Part shown: positions 15,101 to 27,023 of the stretch, in pieces
How the letters are laid out: each line of letters opens with the position of its first letter
Numbering within the stretch: the first letter of the stretch is position 1
Assembly: GCF_000372725.1 (NCBI RefSeq)
Contig: NW_005201391.1
Location: 1-49,568 of the forward strand
Origin: Emiliania huxleyi CCMP1516
Taxonomy: Eukaryota
DNA: 49,568 bases
Direction: 5' to 3'
Notes under the pieces: generated by a model
The model's input: the letters and a program-made list of their open reading frames with translations, nothing else
Told to the model about the DNA's origin: nothing
Databases searched by the model: none
Program-made: the position numbers and the translations under genes

Positions 15101-17488
15101 AATCGCTCCGCAGTCACGGACCTCGGCCCAAGCAGCGCGCCGCGCTCACGAGCACGCAGCCGCAGCCGCCGCCGGCCAGCCCCCACGCCACCAGCTGCGC
15201 ATGTCCGCACCGAAGCACATCGTCGGCAGCGAACGCGTCGGCGCCGGCAAGACGGCACACCTAATCACAGTCAGGGTTCCGGCTACTCGGTCTGACAATG
15301 ACTCTCCCCTCGGCGCCTGCAAGACGGCACACCAGGCCGCCCGATGCGCCGAGGACGATCGCGCCCGGCTCTCCTCCCGCGGCAGCACCCGCGCACCTGC
15401 GGGACATGTCTCGGACAAGTCAGGGGACGCGCCCTGGACTTGTCCTGGACTTGTCCTGGAGTGGCGCACCGCACGGCTAGAGACTCGTCGGCGGCGCACG
15501 TGAGCGAGAGTGGCTCGAGCCTACCGGACGCGTGGATGGTTGCACGTCGGGTCAGCATCAGTGATTGCGCGTGAGCGAGGCGGGCTCGAGCCGGCGCGGC
15601 TCTCCCGCGTCAGCCTAAAGTGCAGAGTCAGAGAAGGACTCAAGCAAGACGGGCTCGCGGCAGAGGAAGCCAGCCACCAACCCCTCGTCCGCCGGCAGCG
15701 AGGTGCTCCCGTCCGCGCCCTTGCCGAGGTCGAACACCGCCGCCGCCGCGCCCGCCGCGCCCGCGCCCGCGTCCGGAGCGTCCAGCGCTTGCTCGATCGC
15801 CGCCGCCGCCACCGAGAAGCGAAGCACCACCCCGCTGGCCGTGCCGAGCCACAGCCTTAAGCGCCACACGGAGCAGAGCGTCGCTGGACGAGGGACATCT
15901 TCTCGAGAGTGAGCCGGGGACGCTGTGGCTGCTGGAGCGGGAGACGACTCGCATCCAACAACTAACGACTCGCGTCTAGGAGGAGCAGCCTCAGTCCGAC
16001 AACGCGCTGCTGCCCGCCACCGCCTAAGAGTCGCCCATGCTGCCGTCCATGCTGCCGCCCGGCACCGCCTCCACCGCCGCAGACGGCAGAGTCTGCGTCG
16101 CCTCCGCCGCCGCTCCACGACACGCGACGCGCCTGACAAAGAAGTATCCGCCGGTAGAAGCAAGGCTGTGCATGACCGCTCCGACAGCACGCGGCGCGCC
16201 TAGAAAAGAAATCAAGCTTGCACGCGAGCATGAGCGTGAGCGACTGCTCGAAAGCAGGCGGCGCGCCGTGGCGCAAGTGACCGCCTCGGCGGCGGCGCCT
16301 GTTCACACCTCGAGCCGTGAAGAGACGCCGCTCACAGCCGCGGCGGGCCACCCCTCGGCAGCGCCGCCCGCGAGGAGGGTCAGCACGCGCACGCACACGC
16401 CGCCCTCCCTGCCTCCCTCCCGCCCGACCTCCCTCCCTCCCTCCCTGCCGGCGCTGCCCGGAGGGTTGGCGCGGAGCTGCAGCAGCTGCAGCCGGGGCGG
16501 CGCGGCGGCGGGGCCGCGGCGCAGGCAGAGGAGAGAGGGCGCTTCGAGCGGTAGGCTGCCTAGGACCAGGTTCCGAGGAAGGTTCGTGGAGGGCTCCAGC
16601 AGGAGGCAAGGACGGGGCGAGCGGCAGGCTGCAGAGGAGGGCGTCATGCTCTCCCCACGAGAGGAGCTCGGGGGCATACCCAGCCGCCGCCCCTCCGCTC
16701 CCCGACCCGGGCGCGACGACGCCGCAGGCCGGCAGCCACGACAGAGAGCCTACGGGACATGTCCCGGACACGTCGCGGACGCGTCTCGGTCGGCAGAGGC
16801 CGCGAAAGACAACAGAGATAGCCGAAGGAGGAGGGGGGAGAGGGGCCATCGCCGTGGCCGTGACCGTGGCCGTTGCAGTCTCCTGTTGCGTCGCCGCCTC
16901 CGCCGCCATCGCCACCGACAGGACCGCCATCGCCGCCGCCAGGACCGCCGCCGCCGCCGCCGCCGCCGCCGCAGACCGCGACACAGAGGATGGGTCCATC
17001 GAGGAGGAGGAGGCTCTCCTCTCGCTCTGGCGACGGAGGGCCGCTCGCGGCGGCGGCGGCTCCACGCCCGACGACGCTCGGAGACGCCGCCGCCTCCGCC
17101 CACGGCGCAGTCTCTCGAAAGTTGACGAGCCGGCGCGCCCGTACGTCGAGGATCGCGACGCCGTACCGGCGGCAGGGACCCTCGGCCCGAAAGCACAGCG
17201 TGGGAAGCCTGAGCCCGAAGCCTAGACACGCGGTGAGCAGGCGCATCCGTCAATTTGTGAGCGTGGAAGCTGTGCCGCATGCGAGTGGGCGCGAGTACCG
17301 TGGTGCAGCACCGTCGCCGCCGCCTCAAAGCGCCAGCCAGCTGCCGGAGGCGGCAGCGTGAACTCGGAGTGGGAGAGGCTGTCGGAGGCGACGGCGTGCT
17401 GCGCGACACGAATGTGGACGCCGCCGTCCTCCGACGATGTGATGAGGAGACCACCGAGGGCGAAGGGCAATCCACCACCGTCGACCAT
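12190..17488 (-). CDS. Large multi-exon hypothetical protein (exon boundaries approximate)
   Basis: ATG at 17488 after an AT-rich patch. Protein-like segments (GFGLRLPTLCF, YAPELLSWGEHD, GVVLRFSV, SFPALHPDRLCLLG, QVRNRGTEAAALV) are separated by repeat-filled introns that all have minus-strand polarity. Confidence 0.5.
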
Positions 17489-18439
17489 ATGGCGCGAGCG
17501 AAAAGAATTTTACCCAGGGTCCCGCGTCCACCCATACGCACAGCGCCTTGTTGATTGAAAAAATCCGCGCCATAACAACTGTCTATGCGCGCGCTCCGCC
17601 CCCGGCCGCTGCCGCCGCGAATGCGCGCGGCGGCCGCGCGCCAGGTGCGGGAGCCCACCGGACGCTCGCGCGGCGCCGGGGCGTATCGGTCTCGGCACGT
17701 CTCGCGCGCTGCGAGGTGTCTTTTGGCATGCTGGCGCTTGGCAAAGACGCCAGCAAGCTCGCCTTGCTTGCCTGCGGCCGCGGGCGTGTGGGTGGGCCCG
17801 CCAGGCTCGGCGAGGCTCGGCGCGGGTCTTCGAGCTCGCCGCCGGCGGCGAGCCAGCATAGCTCGTCGCTCGACGGGAGCCTGTCCGGTATGCTCTGGGC
17901 ATGCTGTACAGCATCGCCAATTTTCTGGGAGGGTCTACAGGGCCAGGGCGGGCCGGCTCGGGCGCGATTGCGCGCTCAATACTACCACGACTACCTGCTC
18001 TCGAACCGGGCCGCCGACGGCGGGCTTGTGCGGCGCGCCGCTCGACGGCAGGCTGCTCCTCACCCTTCCGACAGCATCTGCTGTCTCGCTTCTCTCGCTG
18101 CGACCGCATCCGGGGGCCTGCGGCGACCTCCTCGCTTCGCCAGCGCTGCCTATGACTGCGGCACGCACGTCGGCTCGCCGCCCGCGTCGCCCGCGGCGGG
18201 CCCGCATAGCGCGCCGCTCGTCGGGGGAGTGCCAAGGAGGTTGAGGAGTACAGGCTGTCTCGCTCAGACCGCAGCCGACGCGGTGCGGGGCCGCTGTCGG
18301 CGCTGCTGCCGAGCTCCTGCGCTGTGGGCTTCGCCATCGTGTCCTGAGTACGTCGCCGACGCCACCTGCCGCTCGCAGCTGCCTTGGACTTCCCGGCCAT
18401 CAGGCAAACACACACACACACACACACAAACACACACAC

Positions 18440-18725
18440 TATTAATAATCGGGTAATAATTATTAATTATTAATCATCGGGCGGGGGCGCGGCGCGGCGG
18501 CGAGCGGCGCGAGACGGCGGCGCGGCGAGGCAGCGGGCGACGCAGTGCGGGGCGGCGCGGCGGCGGGTGGTATAATTGTTTATTAATTAATTAATAATGA
18601 ATTAATAATCGTCGGACGGCGGCGCGGCGCGGCGACGGGCGGCGCGAGGCGGCGGCGCGGCGCGGCGGCGCGGCGCGGCGCGGCGGCGCGGCGCGGCGGC
18701 GGGCGACGCAGGGGCGGGGCGGCGC
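18440..18725. repeat. Alternating ATTAAT-rich and (GGCGC/GGC)n low-complexity tracts, two units
   Basis: Direct reading. Confidence 0.8.
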
Positions 18726-19559
18726 GACCAACTGCACTGACCGGGTCTCTGGCCATGGAAGCGGTGCATTGGTCGCGTCGCCCATGTCCCGACCAACACC
18801 CCGACCGGCAACGACGGAGAATCCACTCCGCGCCGGCGGCCCCGTCGGTGGCGGCGCCGATCGGATCGCGTCGCGCCGGCGGGGGTGGTGACCGAGCGGG
18901 CAATTGCTCCGCTGGCCGGCGCTGGGTCGCGCCAGCGGGGAACAGGTAAGTAAGGCGGCATCGACGCTGAACGGTCACGAAACCCACCCCACCACACTGA
19001 AAGACCACCGGCCAGTTGACGACACACTCCCAGGCGCCCGCCGATGAAGCTGGGAGGATGTATGGAGGAATGGTAATGACCTCTCCGGATTGGTTGAGCC
19101 CCGGCATCGACGGCGGGAAGAGGGAGGATCCCCGCCCCTATCCCTCAGTTTAATCCCCGACAGATCACGACCCCCTCGGAGGGGGCCGGGCGAGGCGTAC
19201 CCCGAGGGCCCCGCTCTTTCCCAGCAGCGGCGCGCGCGCGCACACACAAAGACGTTGCCCCCTCACACCCCGCACCGCACATCACACACCCCTCGTGGCC
19301 GTTCTTCAGTCTGCGGCCAGGGCGCGCTGCACCGGGCCAACCTGCGGCCGTCGCTACGAGCGGCGGGGCTCACCGCGGGGCAGCGCGCCGACGACGTCGA
19401 ATGCGCCGCCGTGGCATCGCGGCGCCGACGACCAGGCTCAGAGGATGACCCCGGGTAAGCGTTCCCGTGCCTCGACAACTGCCGCTGGTAGGCGCGCCGC
19501 GCCGAACCATGGCGGGCGCGCCGCGGCCGCGCGCAACCTTCGTCACAATGCCAACCGCG

Positions 19560-20204
19560 CGCGGCCGTCGACCGGCAAGCACACGCCTCGACTCGGACGC
19601 GGTGTTCCGAGGGCAAGGGAGAGGGGCTGGCTCCTAGCCCGAGAGGGGAGCTTCCGAGACCCACTACATGACCACGCACGCATCATCCCGCGGCCTGGCG
19701 GTCGGCGGGATTGCAATCAGTCTTCGCGTGCCGCCTGTCGTTCGCTCGGGCGCTTTGGGCGTCGGGGTGGCGAGCAGGGGACGCGGCTCTGAGCGCCCAG
19801 CGACGCGTGCCGGATGGAGTCCGGCCGCGGGTGACTAGGGAACTTCGCTCAGGATGTGTGGCAGTCAGTTTGGCTGAGTGTCCTGTCTTGTGGTTCTGTG
19901 TGTCGCTCCTGTGTGACCGTCATCGCCCGTCTAGCGTCCACCCATACCGCGTTGGTGTCCCAGTCGTTGGTCGGACTGTGTTTCGCCTTCCCATCAATCA
20001 ATCAATCAGCGCCTAGATATGTCTTGTGTTGCTGTGTGCTGCACGCCCTGCGAGCGGGGCGGGGTGCGCACTGACCCTCTGTGTTCGTGTGCGTCGCCCA
20101 TCTCTCCCTGGAGATGACTGCTCTATTTACTTATTTATCCACCCATACCGCGTTGGTGTCTAGTCCGAGCCTGACTGTTGTTCATCTTTCTACATACATA
20201 CATA
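19560..20204 (+). mobile_element. Stacked 3' ends of non-LTR elements with (CAAT)n, (ATTT)n and (CATA)n tails
   Basis: TCCACCCATACCGCGTTGGTGTC occurs twice. 20077-20136 matches 35774-35886. Each piece ends in a microsatellite tail. Confidence 0.7.
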
Positions 20205-20371
20205 AAGGCGTGCCGTCCTCCCATCCCTCCCTTGGGTTGTGTGTTTTCTTTCTTTTTTTAGGGTGGAGTTATTTGTTGAGAAGTGACCCGAGCCGCCGGG
20301 TGCCCCGCAGCGGCCTCGCTGGGCCAGGAGACCGGCCCGTGAGTGCTCCGCAGCAGCCTTGCTGGGCCAGA

Positions 20372-20517
20372 AGATCGGCCCGCGAGGTGGGGTGCTAGTA
20401 TGAGACCGACCGATCCGTCGCAGTTCTCTTGCTCCAAGCGCTTGCGCTTCGGTCGGCGGTTAGTGGTGCACTAACCTCCGAGAAATCCATCGGGTCACTC
20501 CTCATCGCAAACCCTGT
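20372..20517 (+). repeat. ~145-bp dispersed structured repeat, copy 1
   Basis: Reverse complement of 42735-42879. A shorter diverged relative lies at 11946-12005. Confidence 0.9.
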
Positions 20518-21137
20518 TACGGGAATGTACGTAAGAGCCACATAGCACATACACTGAAATAAAAATCTTCAGCGTGTTAGAATTCATCAGCGAATCCGTC
20601 GGCTCTCGTTGGGGAGAGAGAGAGATTTTCAATACCAAACAACTCTAACATGTTGTCTCGTTTTGGCGAGGGCAGGATGGTGAAGTGGCAGATCCACCTG
20701 GACCTCCAGTGTCCGCACTGCAAGAGGGTCCTCGAGACCTCGACCAGCTCGACGACCTCAAGCAAGGCTGCCTTTTGGGGACGAGTACGAGATCTCGGTC
20801 GTGCTGACCGCGCTGCCCTTTCATCACAACGCCTTCTAGTTCTACGCCATGGGCCCCATGCAGGGCGCCTGTAGCCGTTGAGTCCCTGGCTGGCATTTGG
20901 CCGGCGGGCCGGCGGCCGGCCGGCGCGACTCGTCGCGCCATCGACCTCTTCGCTCCGAGAGAACATGCATGGGTGGCGTTCCGAGCGTGTTCAACACGCT
21001 TTTACCCAACCATTAACAACACATAGGCGACACTTGACACGCGACCGCCGAAATTCGCACAATGTCTAGTCCGAGCATTGTGATCCCTGGGCGAGGGTGG
21101 TGGCGTCCCCGTCGGGTACGTCATGCGGCTCTACCCT

Positions 21138-23730
21138 CTAGGCGAGTTCATCGCGGGCCACTGCCACACCAGCGCGCAGCGGCGCGATGCCGCCCTCCCT
21201 CGCGATCGCCGCCTTGTTGGCATCGTTGACGGCGAGGACCGCCAGCGCCCCCGCGGCATTCTCCTTCTGCGCCTCCGTGCCGTCGCGAGCCAGCGCCACG
21301 AGCGGAGCAATGCCGCCCGCCTCCGCGATCGCCACCTTGTTGGCGTCGTTGGCAGCGAGGTTGCGCAGCGCCCCCGCGGCATTCTCCTTCTGCGCCTCCG
21401 TGCCGTCGCGAGCCAGCGCCACCAGCGGCGCAATGCCGCCCGCCTCCGCGATAGCCAGCCTGTTGGCGTTGTTGGCAGCGATGTTGAGCAGCGCCGCCGC
21501 GCCCCACTCCTTCTGCGCCTCCGTGCCGTCGCGAGCCAGCGCCACCAGCGGCGCGATGCCGCCCGCCTACGCGATAGCCAGCTCGTTGGCGTCGTTGGCG
21601 GCGAGCACCGCCAACTCCGCCGCCTCCGCCGCGGCCTCCTCCTTCTGCGCCTCCGTGCCGTCGCGAGCCAGCGCCACCAGCGGCGCAATGCCCGCCTCTG
21701 CGATCGCCACCAGAGCAGAGCTGCTGTCGTCGACGAGAATGGGCGTCAGGCGGGGCTCCGGCGTCGGCTCGACGAGGGGCGACATCGAGCGCCTCACCAC
21801 CTCCGGCTGCTCCGCACACTCGCGCTCTTCGGTCATGTCGGCTCGCCCCGCCGCGCCGCGTGCCCCGCGACCCTCCTTCCCATCTTCCGGCCGCCCCTCC
21901 TCGGGTGGGGGGCTTTCGTCGGTGGCGGCCTCAATCTGGGCAAGCTCCCTGGAGAGCGCCGCAATCTTCTCCCTGAGCGTGGCCTCCTCAATCTTCTCCC
22001 TGAGCGTGGCCTCCTCAATCTTCTCCTTGAGCGTGGCCTCCTGCGCCCTCTTCGCGTTTCGCGCGAGGTCGAACAGCAACATAGAGGAGTCGTTTGAGTG
22101 CTCGGTCACCACGGCGGTGCCGCCATCGTCCGCCATCCGCTGGAAGCGCGTCTCTCTACCACGCTGGAAGCCCCTCTTGGCCACCCAAGCCACTGCCACC
22201 ACCAACGCCGCCCCACACATAAAGGGCACGGCGGCGGCGCCACTCAGCATGCCTACGTCCCAAAGAGAGGACAGCAGCGACGGCGGCGGTGGAGACGGAG
22301 GCGGCGGTGAGGGCGGCGGTGAGGGCGGCGGCGGCGAGGGAGGCGCGGGCGGGCCCGGTGACGGTGACGGTGACGGTGGCGGGGGCAGAGGCGGTGACGG
22401 TGACGGTGGCGGGGGCAGAGGCGGTGACGGTGGCGGTGGCGGTGGCGGTGACGGAGCAGAGGGCGGCGGCGGTGACGGTGGCGGTGGCGGTGGCGGTGAC
22501 GGAGCAGAGGGCGGCGGCGGCGGCAGAGGCGAAGGCGGCGGCAGGGGAGGAGAGAGGATGACGACACAGCCCACCTCGAACGGCGAGCGGCACGGCGCGC
22601 GCCGCTCCTGTATGCTGTTCGCGCAGCAGAGCTGCGGGTAGGCAACGGCGCCCGGGTGAGGGCACGCGTCGCACCCGCCGCAGCTCACGGCGCAGCACGC
22701 GCCGCCGCCGCCGCTGACGATGCCGCACGCGCACGAGGGCGCGTCCTCGCGCCTGCCCGCGTCGCACTGCGCCTTGCCAAAGGCGAGAGTGCCTGCCATG
22801 TGTGCNNNNNNNNNNNNNNNNNNNNNNNNNNNNNNNNNNNNNNNNNNNNNNNNNNNNNNNNNNNNNNNNNNNNNNNNNNNNNNNNNNNNNNNNNNNNNNN
22901 NNNNNCGGAGGGGGGAGCGGCGGAGGCGAGGGCGGCGGAGGGGGGAGCGGCGGAGGCGAGGGCGGCGAGAGTGGTGGAGGCGAGGGTGGTTCCGGCACAG
23001 CGCAGCAGCCGCGGCATTGTGGGCAGGTGTCGTTGGCCCAGAGGTCGAGGAAGAAGGGCTCGCTGCATGAGATGGCGCTCCAGGACGCGCATTGACGATT
23101 GAAGCACATCTCGGTGCCGATGGCGGCGCACTCTGGCGTCGGCCTGCCACGGAACGGCGGCCGGTGAGGCGGCGCAGGCGGCGTAGGCGGAGACAGCGGA
23201 GGCAGCGGACGCGGCAGAAGCGGTTGAGGCGTTGGGCTTGCTGGCGGAGGCCGCGGAGGGGGCGGGGCGTGTGGCGGCGAGGGCTGCAACGGGCTTGGCG
23301 GCGGCGGCGGAGAGGGCTCAGGCGGGAATGGCGTGGGTGGCGGCGGTGGAGGCGGCTGCAAGGGCGGCGGCGGCGGTGGAGGCGGCGAGGGAGGCGGGGG
23401 CACCGGTGGCGGGAAAGGCTCGGGAGCCAAAGGCACTGGCGGGGGCGGAGGCGAGGGCTCGGGCGAGGAGAACGGTGGACGTGATGGTGTCGGCGGCGAG
23501 GGTGGTTGCGAGGGCGACGGAGGCGGTGGCCGCGGAGAGGGTGGTTGCGAGGGCGACGGAGGCGGTGGCCGCGGAGGAGCGGAAGGAGCTGGAGGCGCTG
23601 ACGGGTGTGGTGGCGCGGGCGGCGCGGGCGGCGCCGGAGGAGAGAAGGGAGACAACGGCGGCAGCGCCGGTCTCCACTCGCTCACCGCGGAGATCACCGC
23701 CCGCCAGTTGTTGGGGTTGGTGTACGCCAT
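21138..23730 (-). pseudogene. Pro-rich/Cys-domain extracellular region + TM + coiled coil + about four ARM repeats; in-frame TAG at 21567-21569; spans a gap
   Basis: SPPP tracts and two Cys-rich domains, TM AAAVPFMCGAALVVAVAWVA-KR, and 40-aa repeats AIAEAGGIAPLVALARDGTEAQKENAAGAL. Confidence 0.65.
22806..22905. other. Assembly gap (100 N); others at 28618-28717 and 41092-41191
   Basis: N runs. Confidence 1.
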
Positions 23731-24267
23731 TCAGTCGACGGAAGCCAGCTCGTCAGCGGCTGGTGTGCACTGGTGTGCACTGGTGTGCACTGGCTGGTGT
23801 GTGCGGGGACAGGTGTGTGTCTTTTTGATCGTCGTTTAGAGAGACGCCGTTCACATAAACGAACAACCCCGTTCACATAAACGCACAACCGGGCCCCGAA
23901 ATCGCACAGTGACAGTCAGACATGCAACACGCCTCAGATAGGTTGATAAGAACGACCTTGTGATTGAGAAGGAAAACCTCCCATGCATCGCGCTGCGCGC
24001 TGGTCTCTGAGAGGTTACAGCGTTACACAGTGACAGTCAGACACGCAACACGGGGTCCCGCGAGCGCAACGCCGACTCGGAGGCCGCGCATGCCCGCACC
24101 ACGGTCAGGCGCGCAGCCATGTACGAGCAAGTCGGCACTCCAACGTCCAAGTGCTCCAAGTGCACCCGTGACCGCGCCCGCGCTGCGGCGGTGGGCCGGT
24201 TCGCGCCATGCGCGAGTGTCTTGTGAGCGTGTGTGTCTGTGTGTCGCTCACGCGTGCCGGCCGCACG

Positions 24268-25953
24268 TCACCACCACTCCTCCTGGAAGTCGGGCGCGGC
24301 GCGGTCAAAGGGCTCGAGCCCGTGAATGCCGTGCTCCTCGCGGTGCGACGTGGATCGCGAGAAGTCGTGCCGCCGGCGGTAGTTGCCCCAGCCCGAGTAG
24401 CCGTACTTGTCGTACTGTGGCGAGATGCGGCCGGAGGTCCGCGGCGCTCCCGCCTCCTCAGCCTCCTGCTGCCGCTGCGCCCACTCGTAGTACGGCTCGA
24501 AGTCCTTCTTCGGCGGCGGGAAGTGGGTCGCACTGCAGCCGGGCGGCAGCCGGTTGTTGAGCGCGGCCGCCTCGCGCTTGCTCAGGTCGGTGCCCGTGAG
24601 CTCGAGTGTGCGCAGCCCGGGAGCGAGCGCGACGAGCGTCGGCAGCGCGGCGGCGTGCGGATGGGCGAGCGCGTAGCCGTCGTCGCGGCCGCCCTCGAGC
24701 ACTAGCTCGCGCAGCGGGCAGCCGCGCAGCGCGTGGAGGCACGCCGCCGGAAGGTCGCAAGACCCGGAGACAACGAGGGTGCGGAGGGTGCGCCGCGCGC
24801 CCAGCCGCTCAAAGAAGGCGGGTGGCGGCCTGCTGGAGCCGCGGGCGTAGTCGACGTGCGTGAGGCGCAGCGTGCGCAGGTCGGGCGGCGGCGTGTCGAG
24901 GCGGGCGAGCTCGTCACCTCCCCAGTCGATGTCCAACTCGCGCAACGAGATACAGCCGCTGATGGCCGCCCAGCCCTCCTCGGACAGGTGAGCGGCGGCG
25001 TGGACGAGCCGCAGCCTTCGCAGCGTGGGCGGGAGCGGCGGCAGCGTGGTGGGCGGGAGCGGCGGCCCGTCGGACAAGACGCAGCTGCGCATCGGCGAGG
25101 TCAGCGTGAGGTCCGTCACGTCCTGCGGCACGACGGCGGCTGCCGCGCCCGCCTGCGGAGGCCACGGCAGCTTCAGCGCGACGCGAGGAGCCGCCGACGC
25201 CGCCTCGGCACGCTCCTCGTCCGCCTCCTCGCGCAGTTTAGCTTGGAGCTCGTCGGCCGCCTTGCGCCGCTTCCTGTGCTCGGCCCAGTGCTCGCGCACC
25301 GCGCTGCCGCTGCGCCCCGTGCCCAGCCTCGAGGCCACATCCTCCCACACCACACCCTCGCCGAGCGCGTGCACGAGCTGCTGCAGCTGCGCCTCCTCGG
25401 CCGCCTTCCACGCCCCGCAGAACTTGCGCTCGGTCGCCTTCTGGCAGGGCACCGCCGCCTTGCGCTTCTTCCCGCCCGCCGCAGGCACGTGGCCTACTCC
25501 TCCGTCTTCTCCGTCCTCACGCTTGATCGCGGATGGGGCGGGTCGCGGCGCGCCGCCGAGCGCTTGCACCTGCGCCTCCGCCGAGATGACAACACTGACC
25601 CAGTAGCACGTTCCCTGCCGCGTCTGCTTGTGCGCTCGCTTCTCGGCCTCGGTCGCGGCCCGACGCGTGGCCTTACACCCAGGGTGGGTTCGCACCCACC
25701 GGCTGAAGTCCGTCCAGGACGCTGACGTAAGATGCACAGACGGTAACAGCAGGTCTGACACCAGAGCTGCCTCGCCTTGGATCACTGTGTCCGTGAGCGC
25801 GGCAGTGAACGAGGCGCGCGCGGCGTCCTCGCGGCGCTCCGCCGCACCCGACTTCCTGGCGTAGCGACCGAAGCGGCCGCTCCCGCCATCGTTGTCGTCG
25901 AAGCCGAGGCCGAGGCCGCCGAGGCCGCCGAGGCCGCCGAGGCCGAACATCAT
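24268..25953 (-). CDS. Myb/SANT-domain protein with C-terminal LRR-like region
   Basis: AWKAAEEAQLQQLV...WEDVASRLGTGRSGSAVREHW (Myb Trp spacing), followed by LRRLRL, LRELDI, LRTLRL, LRELVL, LRTLEL repeats. Confidence 0.75.
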   Translation of the reverse strand: MMFGLGGLGGLGGLGLGFDDNDGGSGRFGRYARKSGAAERREDAARASFTAALTDTVIQGEAALVSDLLLPSVHLTSASWTDFSRWVRTHPGCKATRRAATEAEKRAHKQTRQGTCYWVSVVISAEAQVQALGGAPRPAPSAIKREDGEDGGVGHVPAAGGKKRKAAVPCQKATERKFCGAWKAAEEAQLQQLVHALGEGVVWEDVASRLGTGRSGSAVREHWAEHRKRRKAADELQAKLREEADEERAEAASAAPRVALKLPWPPQAGAAAAVVPQDVTDLTLTSPMRSCVLSDGPPLPPTTLPPLPPTLRRLRLVHAAAHLSEEGWAAISGCISLRELDIDWGGDELARLDTPPPDLRTLRLTHVDYARGSSRPPPAFFERLGARRTLRTLVVSGSCDLPAACLHALRGCPLRELVLEGGRDDGYALAHPHAAALPTLVALAPGLRTLELTGTDLSKREAAALNNRLPPGCSATHFPPPKKDFEPYYEWAQRQQEAEEAGAPRTSGRISPQYDKYGYSGWGNYRRRHDFSRSTSHREEHGIHGLEPFDRAAPDFQEEWW

Positions 25954-26049
25954 CGCAGCTTTCTTTTTCGCAAATCCGTTCCAGACTGATTCCGTTCCAG
26001 GATTCCGTTCTTCAACAAATTGGAAGAATTCTGATTTCCCCTTCCTTTT

Positions 26050-26460
26050 TCCGACCTTCATCGCGGGCTGGCGACGGCCGACGACATCGTCGTCGGCCTC
26101 TCCGACGGCGTGTCGGGTGCTTTTGGCGGGAAGGCGATGGGCAAGGTCATGGGCTACTCGAAAGACGACCGACGCGCGAGGGCATCCCACATCCTGCTGT
26201 CCTTCGATGCCTACCCGGAAGGGAGCTCGCCCGACTCCGAGGCGATGGCGAACGGGCTAAAGGCAAAGATCGAAGGCGGCGACTTCACGTTTGAGTTTGC
26301 GGCGGAGAAGTTCTCCGCAGTCGGCCGAGCGCGGTGGCGACCTGGGCGAGTTCAAGCGCGGCGCCATGGTGCCGGCGTTCGACGAGGCCGTCTTCAAGCA
26401 AGGTCGTGGAGGACGAGCCGCTCGGCACGATCTTAGGCCCGGTCAAGACGCAGTTTCGGC
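26050..26460 (+). pseudogene. Parvulin-type (PpiC) peptidyl-prolyl isomerase fragment, frameshifted
   Basis: RASHILL..F..AAEKFS, then [21 protein letters not shown] and GPVKTQFG in shifted frames. Confidence 0.75.
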
Positions 26461-27023
26461 CTCCCCTTGAAAAAAAATAAAATATTCTTACCTTCAAGCC
26501 CCCCTCCGAGACTAGGGACAAACCCACACCAGTATAGGCCGGAGGGATTGCGCCTCGCCCCCCCTTGCCCTGTCTGCACAGGATAGCGTGCCCCGAAGAC
26601 GGCGACACATAGCGGGGGACTCTGCCCAAGGAGGGGGTGGGAACCCAAGGTTGGGGTTCTGGGTGGTGGGCCCAATGAGGGGGGGAGGGCGGGGTCCTGT
26701 GGGGGTGAAATGTTGCGCGGCGAATTCGAGCCTACCCCCTCGCCGCGCCGATCCTCACGCGGAGGGTAAAACCCTGTGGGACAAAACCCCTCCGCGGTCG
26801 GCTGTCTTCAGAGTGGACCCCCCCCTCCCCAGCCTCCCCTGTTCGTTTTTCGCACCCCCCCCCCCGCTCCCCATCGGTGACTCGCGAAGGACACGGACAC
26901 TCGGGGTGGGGGGGGAGGGGTCCCCCAGAGAGGGGGCTTTGGGGCCTTGTTGAGTCAATCTCCGGCTAAGCATATATGCGGGGTGCGGCGAGGCAGTGAT
27001 ATGAGAGCTCTTGGGCTGTCTGC

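Noticed and set aside
12190..17488. FANCB/FAAP100 identity for the large gene
   Set aside because: Only a vague impression of domain order, with no diagnostic motif.
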